64,000 nt of DNA, from the sequence record DRR723986_1321; one strand, written 5' to 3'. Position 1 is the stretch's first letter. Every line of letters begins with the position of its first letter. This document shows, piece after piece, positions 28,296-38,084 of this stretch. A program made the position numbers and the translations under genes. Under the pieces are notes generated by a model. It searched no databases. It was not told the origin of the DNA and saw nothing but the letters and a program-made list of their open reading frames with translations.

Positions 28296-29258
28296 ATGTC
28301 AGTCAATCAAGAATCACAGCTGCGGGAACTGGGCAACGGGGCCTATGCCTGGATCGCCCCGGGCGGCGGCTGGGGATGGAGCAATGCAGGACTGATCGTC
28401 GATGGGGACCAGTCCCTGCTGGTGGACACCCTGTACGACCTGGACCTGACCGGGAAAATGCTCAGCGCCATGCGCCGCGCCGAGCCGTGCACAGCCCACA
28501 TCGACACCCTGGTCAACACCCACGCCAATGGCGATCACTGCCACGGCAATGAGCTGGTGACCGGCGCGGAGATTATCGCCTCCGCTGCGACCGCCGCAGA
28601 AATGGCGGAGCTGCCGCCAGCAGCGATGGCGGCGCTGGTCGCCGGCGCCGGCGATCTGGGTCCGATGGGCGATTATTTCCTGCACTGCTTTGGCCAGTTC
28701 CGCTTCGACGGTATCACCTATACCCCGCCGACCCGCACATTCAGGGACGAACTGACGCTCAGCGTGGGCGACAAGCCGGTACACATGATTGATGTCGGTC
28801 CCGCCCATACCCGGGGCGATGTGCTGGTGCATTCCCCCGCGGACCGGGCCGTATTTACTGGCGATATCCTGTTCATCGACTGCACACCGATCGTCTGGGA
28901 GGGACCGGTTGCCAACTGGATTGCGGCCTGCCGGCGGATCGAGGCCATGGACGTGGACCACATCATACCCGGGCACGGCCCGCTGACGGACAAGCGCGGT
29001 GTTGCCCGGGTGCGCGAGTACCTGGAGTTCGTCACCCATGAAGCGCGCCAGCGCTTCGACCTTGGCATGCCGGCACAGGAGGCGGCACGCGATATCGCAC
29101 TCGGCGCCTACGCGGACTGGGGCGAATCCGAACGCATCGCGGTCAACGTCGACACCCTGTACCGTGAGTTTAGCGCCCAGCAGGCCCGCACCGATATCTT
29201 CGCCCTGTTTAACCAGATGGCCGCCCTGGCCGGCTACCCGGTGGCAGACCCGGGCTGA
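28296..29258 (+). CDS. Metallo-beta-lactamase-fold hydrolase
   Basis: THANGDHCHGN, AHTRGD, TGDILF and IPGHGP motifs. Start MSVNQE. Confidence 0.88.
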   Translation: MSVNQESQLRELGNGAYAWIAPGGGWGWSNAGLIVDGDQSLLVDTLYDLDLTGKMLSAMRRAEPCTAHIDTLVNTHANGDHCHGNELVTGAEIIASAATAAEMAELPPAAMAALVAGAGDLGPMGDYFLHCFGQFRFDGITYTPPTRTFRDELTLSVGDKPVHMIDVGPAHTRGDVLVHSPADRAVFTGDILFIDCTPIVWEGPVANWIAACRRIEAMDVDHIIPGHGPLTDKRGVARVREYLEFVTHEARQRFDLGMPAQEAARDIALGAYADWGESERIAVNVDTLYREFSAQQARTDIFALFNQMAALAGYPVADPG

Positions 29259-29337
29259 CGCGGCGCGCGCCCTGTCATTCCTGTATCGGCTGGTTATACT
29301 TGTTGGTTTGGAATCGTGCAGGGACCAGCGCAACACC

Positions 29338-29673
29338 GTGAAGAAACCCGTATCCAAGGAGGACATCCGCGCCGAGCTCGAACGGGAGATGGAGAACTAT
29401 CTCGAGCACGGTGGCCAGGTAACCGAAATACCGCGCGGGCAAAGCGGTAAGGATCCGCTGGCCGCTCCCCTGTTCCTCACCCGACGCCTGTTCTCCGAAC
29501 CACCAGTGCAGCGCACCTTCGTGCCCGAGGTGGTTGCGGCGATCGAGGAACGGCGCAAGGCATTACTGAAACGTACTCCACAGCGCAAGCGGTCACGCCT
29601 GCCGCAACCGCGCAAGAAAGTGATCTATGACGATTTCGGCGAACCCCTGAGACGGGTTTGGGTAGAAGACTAG
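29338..29673 (+). CDS. Small basic hypothetical protein with a SutA-like N-terminal motif
   Basis: GTG start; IRAELEREMENYLEHGGQVTEIP; C-terminal DDFGEPLRRVW. Confidence 0.7.
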   Translation: MKKPVSKEDIRAELEREMENYLEHGGQVTEIPRGQSGKDPLAAPLFLTRRLFSEPPVQRTFVPEVVAAIEERRKALLKRTPQRKRSRLPQPRKKVIYDDFGEPLRRVWVED

Positions 29674-29689
29674 GCTGCTGAGCGGGCAC

Positions 29690-29712
29690 AAAAAAAGGGG
29701 CCGAAGCCCCTT
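29690..29712 (-). terminator. Rho-independent terminator of the sortase operon
   Basis: AAGGGGC-cgaa-GCCCCTT hairpin flanked by an A-tract (U-tract on the minus strand), 20 bp past the substrate stop. Confidence 0.8.
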
Positions 29713-29731
29713 GGATTAACTGCGTCGATAC

Positions 29732-30295
29732 TCAGGAAAGACGACGACGAACGCTGGTCAGCAGACCACCGAGAGCCAGGAAGGCACCACCGGCGAGGCC
29801 AATCAGGAACAGCGGGCTGGCCGTAGTCGGCATTGCCACTTCATCTTCTTCCTCGATCGTCATCAGGGCGGCTTCTACAGGCGCATCCATTTCCGCGTCA
29901 TGCATCGCCAGGGCGAAGCGGTCTTCGGGGATGTACACGTTGAGCTCCTGACCACGCATCAGGTCGCTGGCGCGGTACTGGCGTCCGCCGATAGAGGCGC
30001 GGAAATCACCAGGCAAGGTGATGCTGCGTGCATCGCCCTTGGTGCCATCGGTGTGCAGCGGGCGGAAGGTCATGCGATTACCGCGAACCCGAACCACTTC
30101 AACCGACACCTTGGCAAACATCTTGCCGTCTTTCTCGTACACACCGCGACAGCTCTCACCTACATCGGGATTGTTCGCCAGCACTTCTGCAGACCAGTTG
30201 ATGTCAGCACAGGTCGGACCTGCGTCCTGGGCCATCGTGGATCCTGCGGACAGGGCGAGCGCCATACCCATCGCTACTACGAGCTTCTTTTGCAT
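29732..30295 (-). CDS. Secreted protein with a C-terminal sortase sorting signal (MPTTA + TM + RRR)
   Basis: Signal peptide MQKKLVVAMGMALALSAGSTMA; C-terminus MPTTASP-LFLIGLAGGAFLALGGLLTSV-RRRLS; RBS AAAGGAGG. Confidence 0.85.
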   Translation of the reverse strand: MQKKLVVAMGMALALSAGSTMAQDAGPTCADINWSAEVLANNPDVGESCRGVYEKDGKMFAKVSVEVVRVRGNRMTFRPLHTDGTKGDARSITLPGDFRASIGGRQYRASDLMRGQELNVYIPEDRFALAMHDAEMDAPVEAALMTIEEEDEVAMPTTASPLFLIGLAGGAFLALGGLLTSVRRRLS

Positions 30296-30308
30296 GTCAA
30301 ATCCTCCT

Positions 30309-30998
30309 TTATTGTTGATTGACATTCGTGGTGTCGAGTGAGGCCGTTACGATATATCGCTGCGGCGCATGCCCGACGAAATAAAACGGGTAACAGGTAA
30401 CCAGGGTTACCGTTTGGTCATCCGTATCCTGGAGCACGTGGGTGTCGGAAATTTCGACCACCTGCACAGAATTTATGGTGAACTGCTTGGGACCATGAAG
30501 GGTCTGCAGTTTGAGGCTGTCGCCAACCTGCACGTCTTTAAGGGCGCGGAAATAACCGTCCCGGTGTCCGGCGATGCCGATATTGCCCAACTCGTGCGGA
30601 TAGGACATACCGTCGATCACGCCCGCGCCGCGGTCCATGGCAAGTTCGGAATCCGTCGAATAGACGGGGACTGACAGTCCCACCGACGGTAACTCAAGCA
30701 CCCCGAGAACCGGCGGCAGGTCTGCCTGCAGGCTGGCCTGGTAGTCGGCGATGCGCCCCGGTGACCAGAGGCTCATATCAGGCGCTTCGGTGGTGTCGGT
30801 CAGGGCAAGGGCTTCTGCTTGCCGGGTCGCCACCGGCAGGTCGAGACTGGCCAGTTGCTCGAATGCTTCAATGCCGGAACGGCGCTCGACTTCGCCCTGG
30901 GCGATCTGCACCAGGAAGAAGCCGGCAAAGGCAACGCCCGCTGCATAGCTGGCGTATTCACCCGCCCGGACCAATGTTTTGCCAATAGCGCTCGGCAT
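30309..30998 (-). CDS. Class D sortase
   Basis: N-terminal TM segment; catalytic His (IAGHRDG), Cys (TLVTCYPF) and Arg (QRYIV). Confidence 0.9.
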   Translation of the reverse strand: MPSAIGKTLVRAGEYASYAAGVAFAGFFLVQIAQGEVERRSGIEAFEQLASLDLPVATRQAEALALTDTTEAPDMSLWSPGRIADYQASLQADLPPVLGVLELPSVGLSVPVYSTDSELAMDRGAGVIDGMSYPHELGNIGIAGHRDGYFRALKDVQVGDSLKLQTLHGPKQFTINSVQVVEISDTHVLQDTDDQTVTLVTCYPFYFVGHAPQRYIVTASLDTTNVNQQ

Positions 30999-31263
30999 AG
31001 TGTTCAGCTGCTCTCCCCGTATTCCAGAAACAATGGACGACACCGCGCCGCCCCTCGCCTGACGGAAGGACGCCTTCATTCTAGTAGTCCCGGCAAAAAA
31101 AGCCAGCACTCATCATCCTTCATCAAGCCGGGCACGCTATCAAGAATAGACGCTAACTCGCTGAATTACCGTTACTTTTTATCAACTACCGGAATTACTG
31201 TCGGTGAACTGCCCATGAAAGCCTTGCGTATACAGGTGGTCTATACTCTTAACAGGTCAAACA

Positions 31264-32706
31264 ATGATCAGCCTGCATGAAAAAATTGACGTGCGCCGGC
31301 CAGTCCATGAAGCCTTCGCCTACGTCTCCGACTTTCGCACCACCCGGGAATGGGACGCCACTGCTTTTGCTGCGGAAAAGCTGACCCCCGGACCGGTCGC
31401 GGTGGGAACCGAGTACGATGTGCGCTGCAAAATGCCCGTCGGCAGCGTGCTCCTGCGCTATACCGTGACCCAGCTGGAACCGAACAGCATGATTGCGCTG
31501 CACGGCAGCTGCAACTTGTTCGAGGTCCAGGACACCATCCATTTCACCGAGACCCCGACCGGCACCCACATTGACTACCGCGCCGACTTCACCTTCAAGG
31601 TGCCGGTTGAGCGCTTCAAGGGTGCCATCGAGCCCGGCATGAAGCGTATGGGCGAAACCGCCCTGGCCGGCATGAAGGCGGCCCTCGACGACAACTACGA
31701 TGCGCCCAGCATTTCCGCCAGCGCTGAGCGGGCAGACAAGCTGATGCTGCCGGGCCTGGCCCTGTTCAGCCGCGCCGGCTACCGCCGTGGGCTGAAGTCA
31801 TGGAATCCCGTTTCCGCCTGGCTGGGGGACAAGCACATCGTCATTACCGGCGCCAGCGCAGGCCTCGGTCTGGCAACCGCGCATCGGCTCGCCGAGATGG
31901 GCGCGGAGTTGACCCTGGTAATCCGCAACGAGCAACGAGCCAGTGCACTGAAAGACGAGATCCGCCGCGAGAGCGGTAACGACCGTATCCACGTGGAAAT
32001 CGCCGACCTCAGCCTGATGCGCGATGTGGACCGCCTGATCACGACCATGAAACGCCGGGGCAGGAAGATCGACGTGCTGATCAACAATGCCGGCGCCCTG
32101 TTCAATCCCCGGGGCGAAACCGAGGAAGGTCTGGAGCAGAGCTTTGCGCTGCTGCTCCTGAGCCCTTACCGCCTGACCACCGGTCTCAAACCGCTGCTCG
32201 TGAAAGCGCCTGCGCCCCGGGTGATCAACGTGGTTTCCGGCGGTATGTACAGTCAGAAACTCGAGGTGGACAAGTTGATCATGGGCGAGCGAGGCTACTC
32301 CGGCAGCGTGGCCTACGCCCGTGCCAAGCGCGCCCTGATGGTCGTTACCGAACAGTGGGCCGAGGACTGGGCGCAGGACGGCATCGTGGTTAATGCCATG
32401 CACCCCGGCTGGGCAGACACCCCCGGCGTCGAGAATGCCCTGCCGGGCTTCCACAAGGTGACCCGCAGCATCCTGCGCAGTCCCGAAGAAGGCGCCGACA
32501 CCATTATCTGGCTGGCGGCGGCGACCGAGGCGGGCAAGGCCACGGGCGAGCTGTTCCTCGACCGGGAACCGCGCACCACCTACCTGGTGCCCTCCAAGGT
32601 CGAGGACCCTGCGGAACGCGACAAGCTCCGCACATTCCTTGCGGACTTCCAGCTGCCCTCGCCAAAAGACCTGTCTGCCATGGCTGAGGCCCGGCTGGCG
32701 GGCTGA
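31264..32706 (+). CDS. SRPBCC/START-domain + SDR oxidoreductase fusion
   Basis: N-terminal AFAYVSDF..EWD polyketide-cyclase-like domain; C-terminal TGASAGLG, INNAG, YARAK and MHPGWADTPG. Confidence 0.85.
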   Translation: MISLHEKIDVRRPVHEAFAYVSDFRTTREWDATAFAAEKLTPGPVAVGTEYDVRCKMPVGSVLLRYTVTQLEPNSMIALHGSCNLFEVQDTIHFTETPTGTHIDYRADFTFKVPVERFKGAIEPGMKRMGETALAGMKAALDDNYDAPSISASAERADKLMLPGLALFSRAGYRRGLKSWNPVSAWLGDKHIVITGASAGLGLATAHRLAEMGAELTLVIRNEQRASALKDEIRRESGNDRIHVEIADLSLMRDVDRLITTMKRRGRKIDVLINNAGALFNPRGETEEGLEQSFALLLLSPYRLTTGLKPLLVKAPAPRVINVVSGGMYSQKLEVDKLIMGERGYSGSVAYARAKRALMVVTEQWAEDWAQDGIVVNAMHPGWADTPGVENALPGFHKVTRSILRSPEEGADTIIWLAAATEAGKATGELFLDREPRTTYLVPSKVEDPAERDKLRTFLADFQLPSPKDLSAMAEARLAG

Positions 32707-32722
32707 GCGGACTCTCCAGTTG

Positions 32723-32750
32723 AACCGGCGCCACCAGGCGCCGGTTTTGT
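32723..32750 (+). terminator. Rho-independent terminator
   Basis: AACCGGCGCC-acca-GGCGCCGGTT followed by TTGT. Confidence 0.7.
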
Positions 32751-32812
32751 ATTGCAATCGCAGCGCTTGAAAGCTAGCGTGATCGCCGATATCCCAATCG
32801 GAGAGCAAGCCT

Positions 32813-33964
32813 GTGACCGACCCCGTCGTCCCATTTCACATCGATATTCCACAATCTGAACTCGACGACCTGGCAGCGCGCCTGGCGAATACCCGCTGGC
32901 CCGACGCGGAGACCTGCGACGGTTGGGACCAGGGCATACCGCTGGCCTATACCCGCGAGCTGGCGGACTATTGGGCCACGGACTATGACTGGCGTCGCTG
33001 CGAGCAGATGCTGAACCGCTGGCCGCACTACAAGACCCCGATTGATGGCACCGACATTCATTTCATCCACCGCACCAGCCCGCACGCGAACGCGCTGCCG
33101 CTGATTATCACCCACGGCTGGCCGGGCTCGGTCATCGAGTTCCACAAGATCATCGACGCCCTGGCCGATCCCACTGCCCACGGCGGCTCGGCGGAGGACG
33201 CATTCCACGTGATCGCCCCGTCACTGCCCGGCTACGGCTTCAGTGGCAAGCCCGCACGGCACGGTACCTCTGCGGAGCAGATCGGCCGTATGTGGGGCCA
33301 GCTGATGGCCCGGCTCGGTTACGATCGCTACGTCGCCCAGGGCGGCGACTGGGGTTCGCTGGTGACCCAGAGCATGGGGGTTTCCGAAACCACGCACTGC
33401 GCCGGAATTCACATCAACATGCCGATAGTGGCCCCGGATCCGGATACCATGGACCAGCTGACCCCGCTGGAACAAAGCGCCCTGGAGGGCATGGCGTTCT
33501 ACAACGACTGGGATTCCGGCTACTCCAAGCAACAGTCCACCCGCCCGCAGACCCTGGGCTACGGCCTGGCGGATTCGCCAGTCGGGCAAATGGCCTGGAT
33601 CGTGGAGAAGTTCTATGCCTGGACCGACAGCGAGCAGGACGGGGTGCGCCACCCGGAGAATGTACTGACCAAGGATGAGCTGCTGGACAACGTGATGATC
33701 TACTGGCTGAACAACGCGGCCGCCAGCTCCGCACGCCTGTACTGGGAGAGTTTCAATTCGCCGAGTTTCGAGCCTATCCACATGCCGGTGGGCTGCTCCA
33801 TTTTCCCCCGGGAAATTTTCCGCTCCAGTCGTCGCTGGGCGGAAAAGCGGTTCAGCAACCTGGTGCACTGGAACGAACTGGACAAGGGCGGGCACTTCGC
33901 CGCCATGGAGCAGCCCGACACCTTCCTGAACGAAGTTCGCACTGCGTTCCGCAGCCTGCGCTGA
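32813..33964 (+). CDS. Epoxide hydrolase (microsomal/EHN type)
   Basis: EHN N-terminus, HGWPGS, PSLPGYGFS, QGGDWG and GGHFAAMEQP. Confidence 0.92.
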   Translation: MTDPVVPFHIDIPQSELDDLAARLANTRWPDAETCDGWDQGIPLAYTRELADYWATDYDWRRCEQMLNRWPHYKTPIDGTDIHFIHRTSPHANALPLIITHGWPGSVIEFHKIIDALADPTAHGGSAEDAFHVIAPSLPGYGFSGKPARHGTSAEQIGRMWGQLMARLGYDRYVAQGGDWGSLVTQSMGVSETTHCAGIHINMPIVAPDPDTMDQLTPLEQSALEGMAFYNDWDSGYSKQQSTRPQTLGYGLADSPVGQMAWIVEKFYAWTDSEQDGVRHPENVLTKDELLDNVMIYWLNNAAASSARLYWESFNSPSFEPIHMPVGCSIFPREIFRSSRRWAEKRFSNLVHWNELDKGGHFAAMEQPDTFLNEVRTAFRSLR

Positions 33965-33978
33965 AGGAGCGCAACCGC

Positions 33979-34656
33979 ATGGATACCAAGGAAGCGCTGG
34001 AGCTGTTCTTCAACCCATTCGCCAGCGAAGAAGTCACCGGCCCCTATTCCGACCATTGGGAAGCCAAACGCAGGGTCGCTCGCGCCATCCGGCAACTGAC
34101 TGATGCGCTGGTCACCAGCACCCCGCCCACCGATGACCTGCACCGGATCGCAGACGAGTTGGAACAGCAGGTGAGCGCGTTTGATGATTATCCCCGGCTG
34201 TACGGCCTGCGCGCCTATGTCGCGGAAGGCGAGCATGGCGGCCACGGCGAGATCAACCATGAACTGAATGCGGTGGGCGGCTGGTCCAACCCCCTGTCAC
34301 CCGGTCTCAACATGTGGATCGATGGCGATCGCGCCTACGGTAAGGTCCGTTGCGGCTATGCCTACGAGGGCCCACCCGGGCACATCCATGGCGGCTTCGT
34401 GGCGGCAATCCTCGATCAGTTTCTCGGCATGGCGCAGCTGGCGGGAGGCTTACCCGGTATGACCGGCACCCTGCAGGTACGCTACCTGCAGCCAACCCCG
34501 CTGAACACTGATCTGGACCTGGTGGCGACCATCGAGCCGCTGGAAGGCAGGAAAACCCGGGTTAGCGGTGAGATCCGCAATGGAGACACCGTCACCGCCG
34601 TGGGTGAAGGCCTGTTTATCCGGCCGAAGCACATGCTGGCGCGCCCCTACTCCTGA
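33979..34656 (+). CDS. PaaI-family hot-dog thioesterase
   Basis: YEGPPGHIHGGFVAAILDQ and MTGTLQVRY motifs. Confidence 0.85.
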   Translation: MDTKEALELFFNPFASEEVTGPYSDHWEAKRRVARAIRQLTDALVTSTPPTDDLHRIADELEQQVSAFDDYPRLYGLRAYVAEGEHGGHGEINHELNAVGGWSNPLSPGLNMWIDGDRAYGKVRCGYAYEGPPGHIHGGFVAAILDQFLGMAQLAGGLPGMTGTLQVRYLQPTPLNTDLDLVATIEPLEGRKTRVSGEIRNGDTVTAVGEGLFIRPKHMLARPYS

Positions 34657-34670
34657 GGCCCCGACGCGCG

Positions 34671-36236
34671 CTAGGTATCGAACTCCTCATTGGTGATGAG
34701 GCTGCTGTCAAAAGGCGGCCCACCGCTCAGCCAGTCCTCTTCTGCGGCCTGTTCACCGTCGTCGAATCGACCCAGGGTCGGCGGCGGCGCGGCAGGCGCT
34801 GTCCTGGCCATGGGCGCTACCGCATCATCGCGATCGATCAGGGAATGACGATTAACGTTGAAGCCCGGCGAGTCCAGCGGGTGGGGAGCACCCGTGGCCT
34901 GACTCTCGCTACCGGGTTCCGGCAGGTCGCCTGCTGACTCCGCGAGCGTGGTGCCAAGCTCCGGTTCGCCCAGGCTGGCAGGCGGTGCCCTGCGCGGACG
35001 CCGCCGCTCTATCCCATCAGGTGCAAGCCCGCTGACCGGCGGACGCAGGCCACTGCCGATAAACTCGAGGTTTTCCAGCGCCGTTTCCGCCGCGCCGCGC
35101 ATGGTCGCACCCGGAACAGCCCGGTCAATCGGCCCCAGGCGTCCGCCGGTTGGTTCTATCGGCGTGGGCATCGCATCCAGGGTATAGGTCTCATCCAGGC
35201 TCAGTGGCGGTATATGGGTGCCCCCGTCGTGCGCCGGTACAGGCTGGCTGCCACCGGCATCAACCTGGGCATAGCCCGGGAGCGGCTGCAGGCTTGTCGC
35301 GTCATCGGCGGGTGCGGTCGGTGCCAGCGCCCGCGCCTGCTCCGCCAGAGTATCGCTGACCTTCAGCCCCTTACCATAGCGGCCCGGCAACAAAGCCCCG
35401 GGGTCTGACGCGGCTGCCTGGTCGGGTGCTGGTTCGGGCGCCCGACCGATAGCGGAGGTCTGCTCCGAACCCACCGCGCGCTGCAGAGGCAGGCTCTGAG
35501 GCTCATCCTCTTGCGGCGGAGCGAACAGTTCATCGGCACCCGGCGGGTGCAGAGCCCGCTGTTTGAGCACCTCGTTGGCGCAGTCTGACCAGCGGCCGAA
35601 GTGGGCTGACTCGGCGGGGTCAGGCATGCGGTGCTTGCGGAAGGCCCGCTGCGCCGTCATGAAACGCTGCTTTACCGCGCGGTAGTGGTAAATGTGGTTC
35701 TCGGTATCCAGGGGCACGACATCCGAGCCGCCCCGAATGATAAGCATCTGGGGCGGTAACTGACCCTGCAGGCTGTGCAGCAGGTCGGCCAGGAAACAGA
35801 GCCGGAACGTGGACTGCAAGGTACTCTTGGCCTGGGTATCACAGGGAACGTAGAGGTAGTCACCCAGTTCGGAATAGCCGCTGGTGCGCATCAACAGGTT
35901 GGCCGAGCCGGACAGTGGCCCCAGGGCCAGCTGGCCATTGACAATGAAATCCACACCGCCACGCATCGCCGAAAGGGTGGCGGCACGCCGGGTCGGCTCA
36001 TCGGCATCCCAGTCGATCAGGGCAACCTTGCGCCCTTCCGCCAGCAGTGTCTCGGCAATGCTGTCCTGGCGTTCGCGCGTGTCGCCAGGCGCGGCGCTTC
36101 CGGCATCCGGAGGAATACCGTGATCGGGATTTTCGAGAGTCAGGCGCTCCATGAAGGAGGCGAAAGGCGATTCCTTGAAGAGGACCAGGTCCTCGGAGGT
36201 GTAGGTAATGGCGTTATCGACGCTGTAGCGATACAT
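34671..36236 (-). CDS. Hypothetical protein: degenerate TM0106/RecB-like nuclease domain + long Pro/Ala/acidic disordered tail
   Basis: The first ~230 aa follow the TM0106-family pattern (SEDLVLFKESPFASFMER, TLSAMRGGVDFI, GDYLY, PDPAESAHFGRWS); the rest is low-complexity. Alternative start 36263. Confidence 0.65.
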   Translation of the reverse strand: MYRYSVDNAITYTSEDLVLFKESPFASFMERLTLENPDHGIPPDAGSAAPGDTRERQDSIAETLLAEGRKVALIDWDADEPTRRAATLSAMRGGVDFIVNGQLALGPLSGSANLLMRTSGYSELGDYLYVPCDTQAKSTLQSTFRLCFLADLLHSLQGQLPPQMLIIRGGSDVVPLDTENHIYHYRAVKQRFMTAQRAFRKHRMPDPAESAHFGRWSDCANEVLKQRALHPPGADELFAPPQEDEPQSLPLQRAVGSEQTSAIGRAPEPAPDQAAASDPGALLPGRYGKGLKVSDTLAEQARALAPTAPADDATSLQPLPGYAQVDAGGSQPVPAHDGGTHIPPLSLDETYTLDAMPTPIEPTGGRLGPIDRAVPGATMRGAAETALENLEFIGSGLRPPVSGLAPDGIERRRPRRAPPASLGEPELGTTLAESAGDLPEPGSESQATGAPHPLDSPGFNVNRHSLIDRDDAVAPMARTAPAAPPPTLGRFDDGEQAAEEDWLSGGPPFDSSLITNEEFDT

Positions 36237-36370
36237 GGCCCGTTGATGGCCCTCCCTTGTCACTCATGCAAAAACAGCACACTTTGGAAGAACACCCCTG
36301 CCGTTTTTGCATTTATATCGGAATGCGCTGCGGGTGTCCACGAAACGCCCCGATACAGGGGAAAACCGGG

Positions 36371-38080
36371 TCAGCGCCGCTGATAAATCGTCACGCCACC
36401 GACCAGGGTGCGCTCGACCGTCAACTCGCGCATCGCCAGTGGGTCATCCAGCGGATTGCCCGACAGCACGACCAGGTCGGCGTACTTGCCCGGTTCCAGC
36501 GAACCGATAGCGTCCTCCTGGAACACCTGCCAGGCCGCGTCGATAGTGACCGCACGCAGCGCAGCCATCACCCCGATGCGCTGCTGCTCGCCGATGACCT
36601 CGCCGCCGGAGCTGATGCGGTTGACCATACTCCAGACCGCCTGCAGCGGCAGCATCGGTGTCACCGGGGTATCCAGGTGGGAACTGAACCGCACCCCCGC
36701 TTCCTGCGCCCAGCGGGCCGGACTCATATTGGCTGCCCGCTCCGGGCCCATGAAGATATCGCGGTGACGATCACCCCAGTACCAGGTATGGGCCGAGAAA
36801 AAGCTCGGCGTGACGCCCAGTGCTTTCATCCGGGCCACCTGGTCCCGCCGCGCCATCTGCCCGTGGATCAGGATCATCCGGGGATCGGCGACCGGGTGTT
36901 CTGCCTGGGCGGCTTCGAAGGCATCGAGAATATCGTCGATGGAGGCGTCACCATTGCCGTGAATCGCGATCTGGTAACCCGCCCCATGCAGCGCACTGAC
37001 CTGGCTGAACAGGTCCTGGCGACTGACCGCCGGGTAACCGCGGTAATCCGCATCGCCCTTGAACGGCACGTGGTAGGGTTCGCTCAGGTAGCCGGTATAG
37101 CCCTGGATGCTGCCATCGGCGACAATTTTCACCGCCGGCATGGCGACCTTGTCGCCGTTGAAATCTTCGAGCCTGAACTCGCCGGCGAGGATCGACTCAC
37201 CCTCCTCGGTGAAAAACGGGAACAGCACCAGCCGCTGGGGAATCACGCCATACTCGCTGGCAAATTTCAGTGCGCCAAGGAAACCCGACACCATGCCCCC
37301 CGCCTGGGCTGTCGTCACCCCCTTGGAGGCGTAATCGCGCACGGCGGCCTTGATCAGCCGGTAGACCATCACCGGACCCACGTCCTGGGTGATGCGCATG
37401 GCGGCCAGGCGCGCGGTCTCCTCCAACACCCCGTTCGGCTGCCTGGTACCCGGGAAGCGGACGATCACACCGCCCTCCGGGTCCGGCGTATCGGCATCGA
37501 TACCGAGCAGTTCCAGGGCGACGCTGTTGACCGCCATGATATGTCCTGACACATGGGTCAGGGCCACCGGCAATTCCGTGCTGACCCGATCCAGATCCTC
37601 CCTGGTGGGATGGCGCTGGTCCGCGAGCAAGGTATCGTCATAACCGGAACCCTGGACCCAGTAACCGTCCGGTGTAACAGCAATCTGTGCGCGCAGCGCC
37701 TCAACGATGTCCTCGATGGTGTTCACCGTACCGACGGGCGGGCTGGTGACGTCAGCGGCAATCACGGCAAAACCGGACCCCGGGAAGTGTCCGTGTGCAT
37801 CCACGAAACCGGGCAGCAAGGTCCTACCCCGCAGGTCGTTGACCTCGGTATCGTCCGCCACCAGGGCCATGATCTGCGCGGTGCTGCCGACCTGTTCGAT
37901 GCGTCCGCCGCGCACGCTGATGGCTTCCACCACCCGGTTGTCCGCATCCATGGTCAGCACGTCACCGTTGATGAAGACCTGGTGCGCCGGTGGTTCCGGG
38001 GTGCGGGTGGCAATCTGGAACAGAACGAACAGGCCCGCGAGCAGGGCCAGCAGAACAACGCCAAGGGCTTTCAGGTTCAT
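36371..38080 (-). CDS. Amidohydrolase_3 (YtcJ-like) metal-dependent hydrolase with N-terminal signal/anchor
   Basis: PGFVDAHGH, KIVADGS, IHGNGD and GSLEPGKYADLVVL motifs. Confidence 0.88.
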   Translation of the reverse strand: MNLKALGVVLLALLAGLFVLFQIATRTPEPPAHQVFINGDVLTMDADNRVVEAISVRGGRIEQVGSTAQIMALVADDTEVNDLRGRTLLPGFVDAHGHFPGSGFAVIAADVTSPPVGTVNTIEDIVEALRAQIAVTPDGYWVQGSGYDDTLLADQRHPTREDLDRVSTELPVALTHVSGHIMAVNSVALELLGIDADTPDPEGGVIVRFPGTRQPNGVLEETARLAAMRITQDVGPVMVYRLIKAAVRDYASKGVTTAQAGGMVSGFLGALKFASEYGVIPQRLVLFPFFTEEGESILAGEFRLEDFNGDKVAMPAVKIVADGSIQGYTGYLSEPYHVPFKGDADYRGYPAVSRQDLFSQVSALHGAGYQIAIHGNGDASIDDILDAFEAAQAEHPVADPRMILIHGQMARRDQVARMKALGVTPSFFSAHTWYWGDRHRDIFMGPERAANMSPARWAQEAGVRFSSHLDTPVTPMLPLQAVWSMVNRISSGGEVIGEQQRIGVMAALRAVTIDAAWQVFQEDAIGSLEPGKYADLVVLSGNPLDDPLAMRELTVERTLVGGVTIYQRR

Positions 38081-38084
38081 CTAC

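Noticed and set aside
28296-29258. MBL-fold gene as an antibiotic-resistance beta-lactamase
   Set aside because: No signal peptide and a metabolic context; only the generic fold motifs are present.
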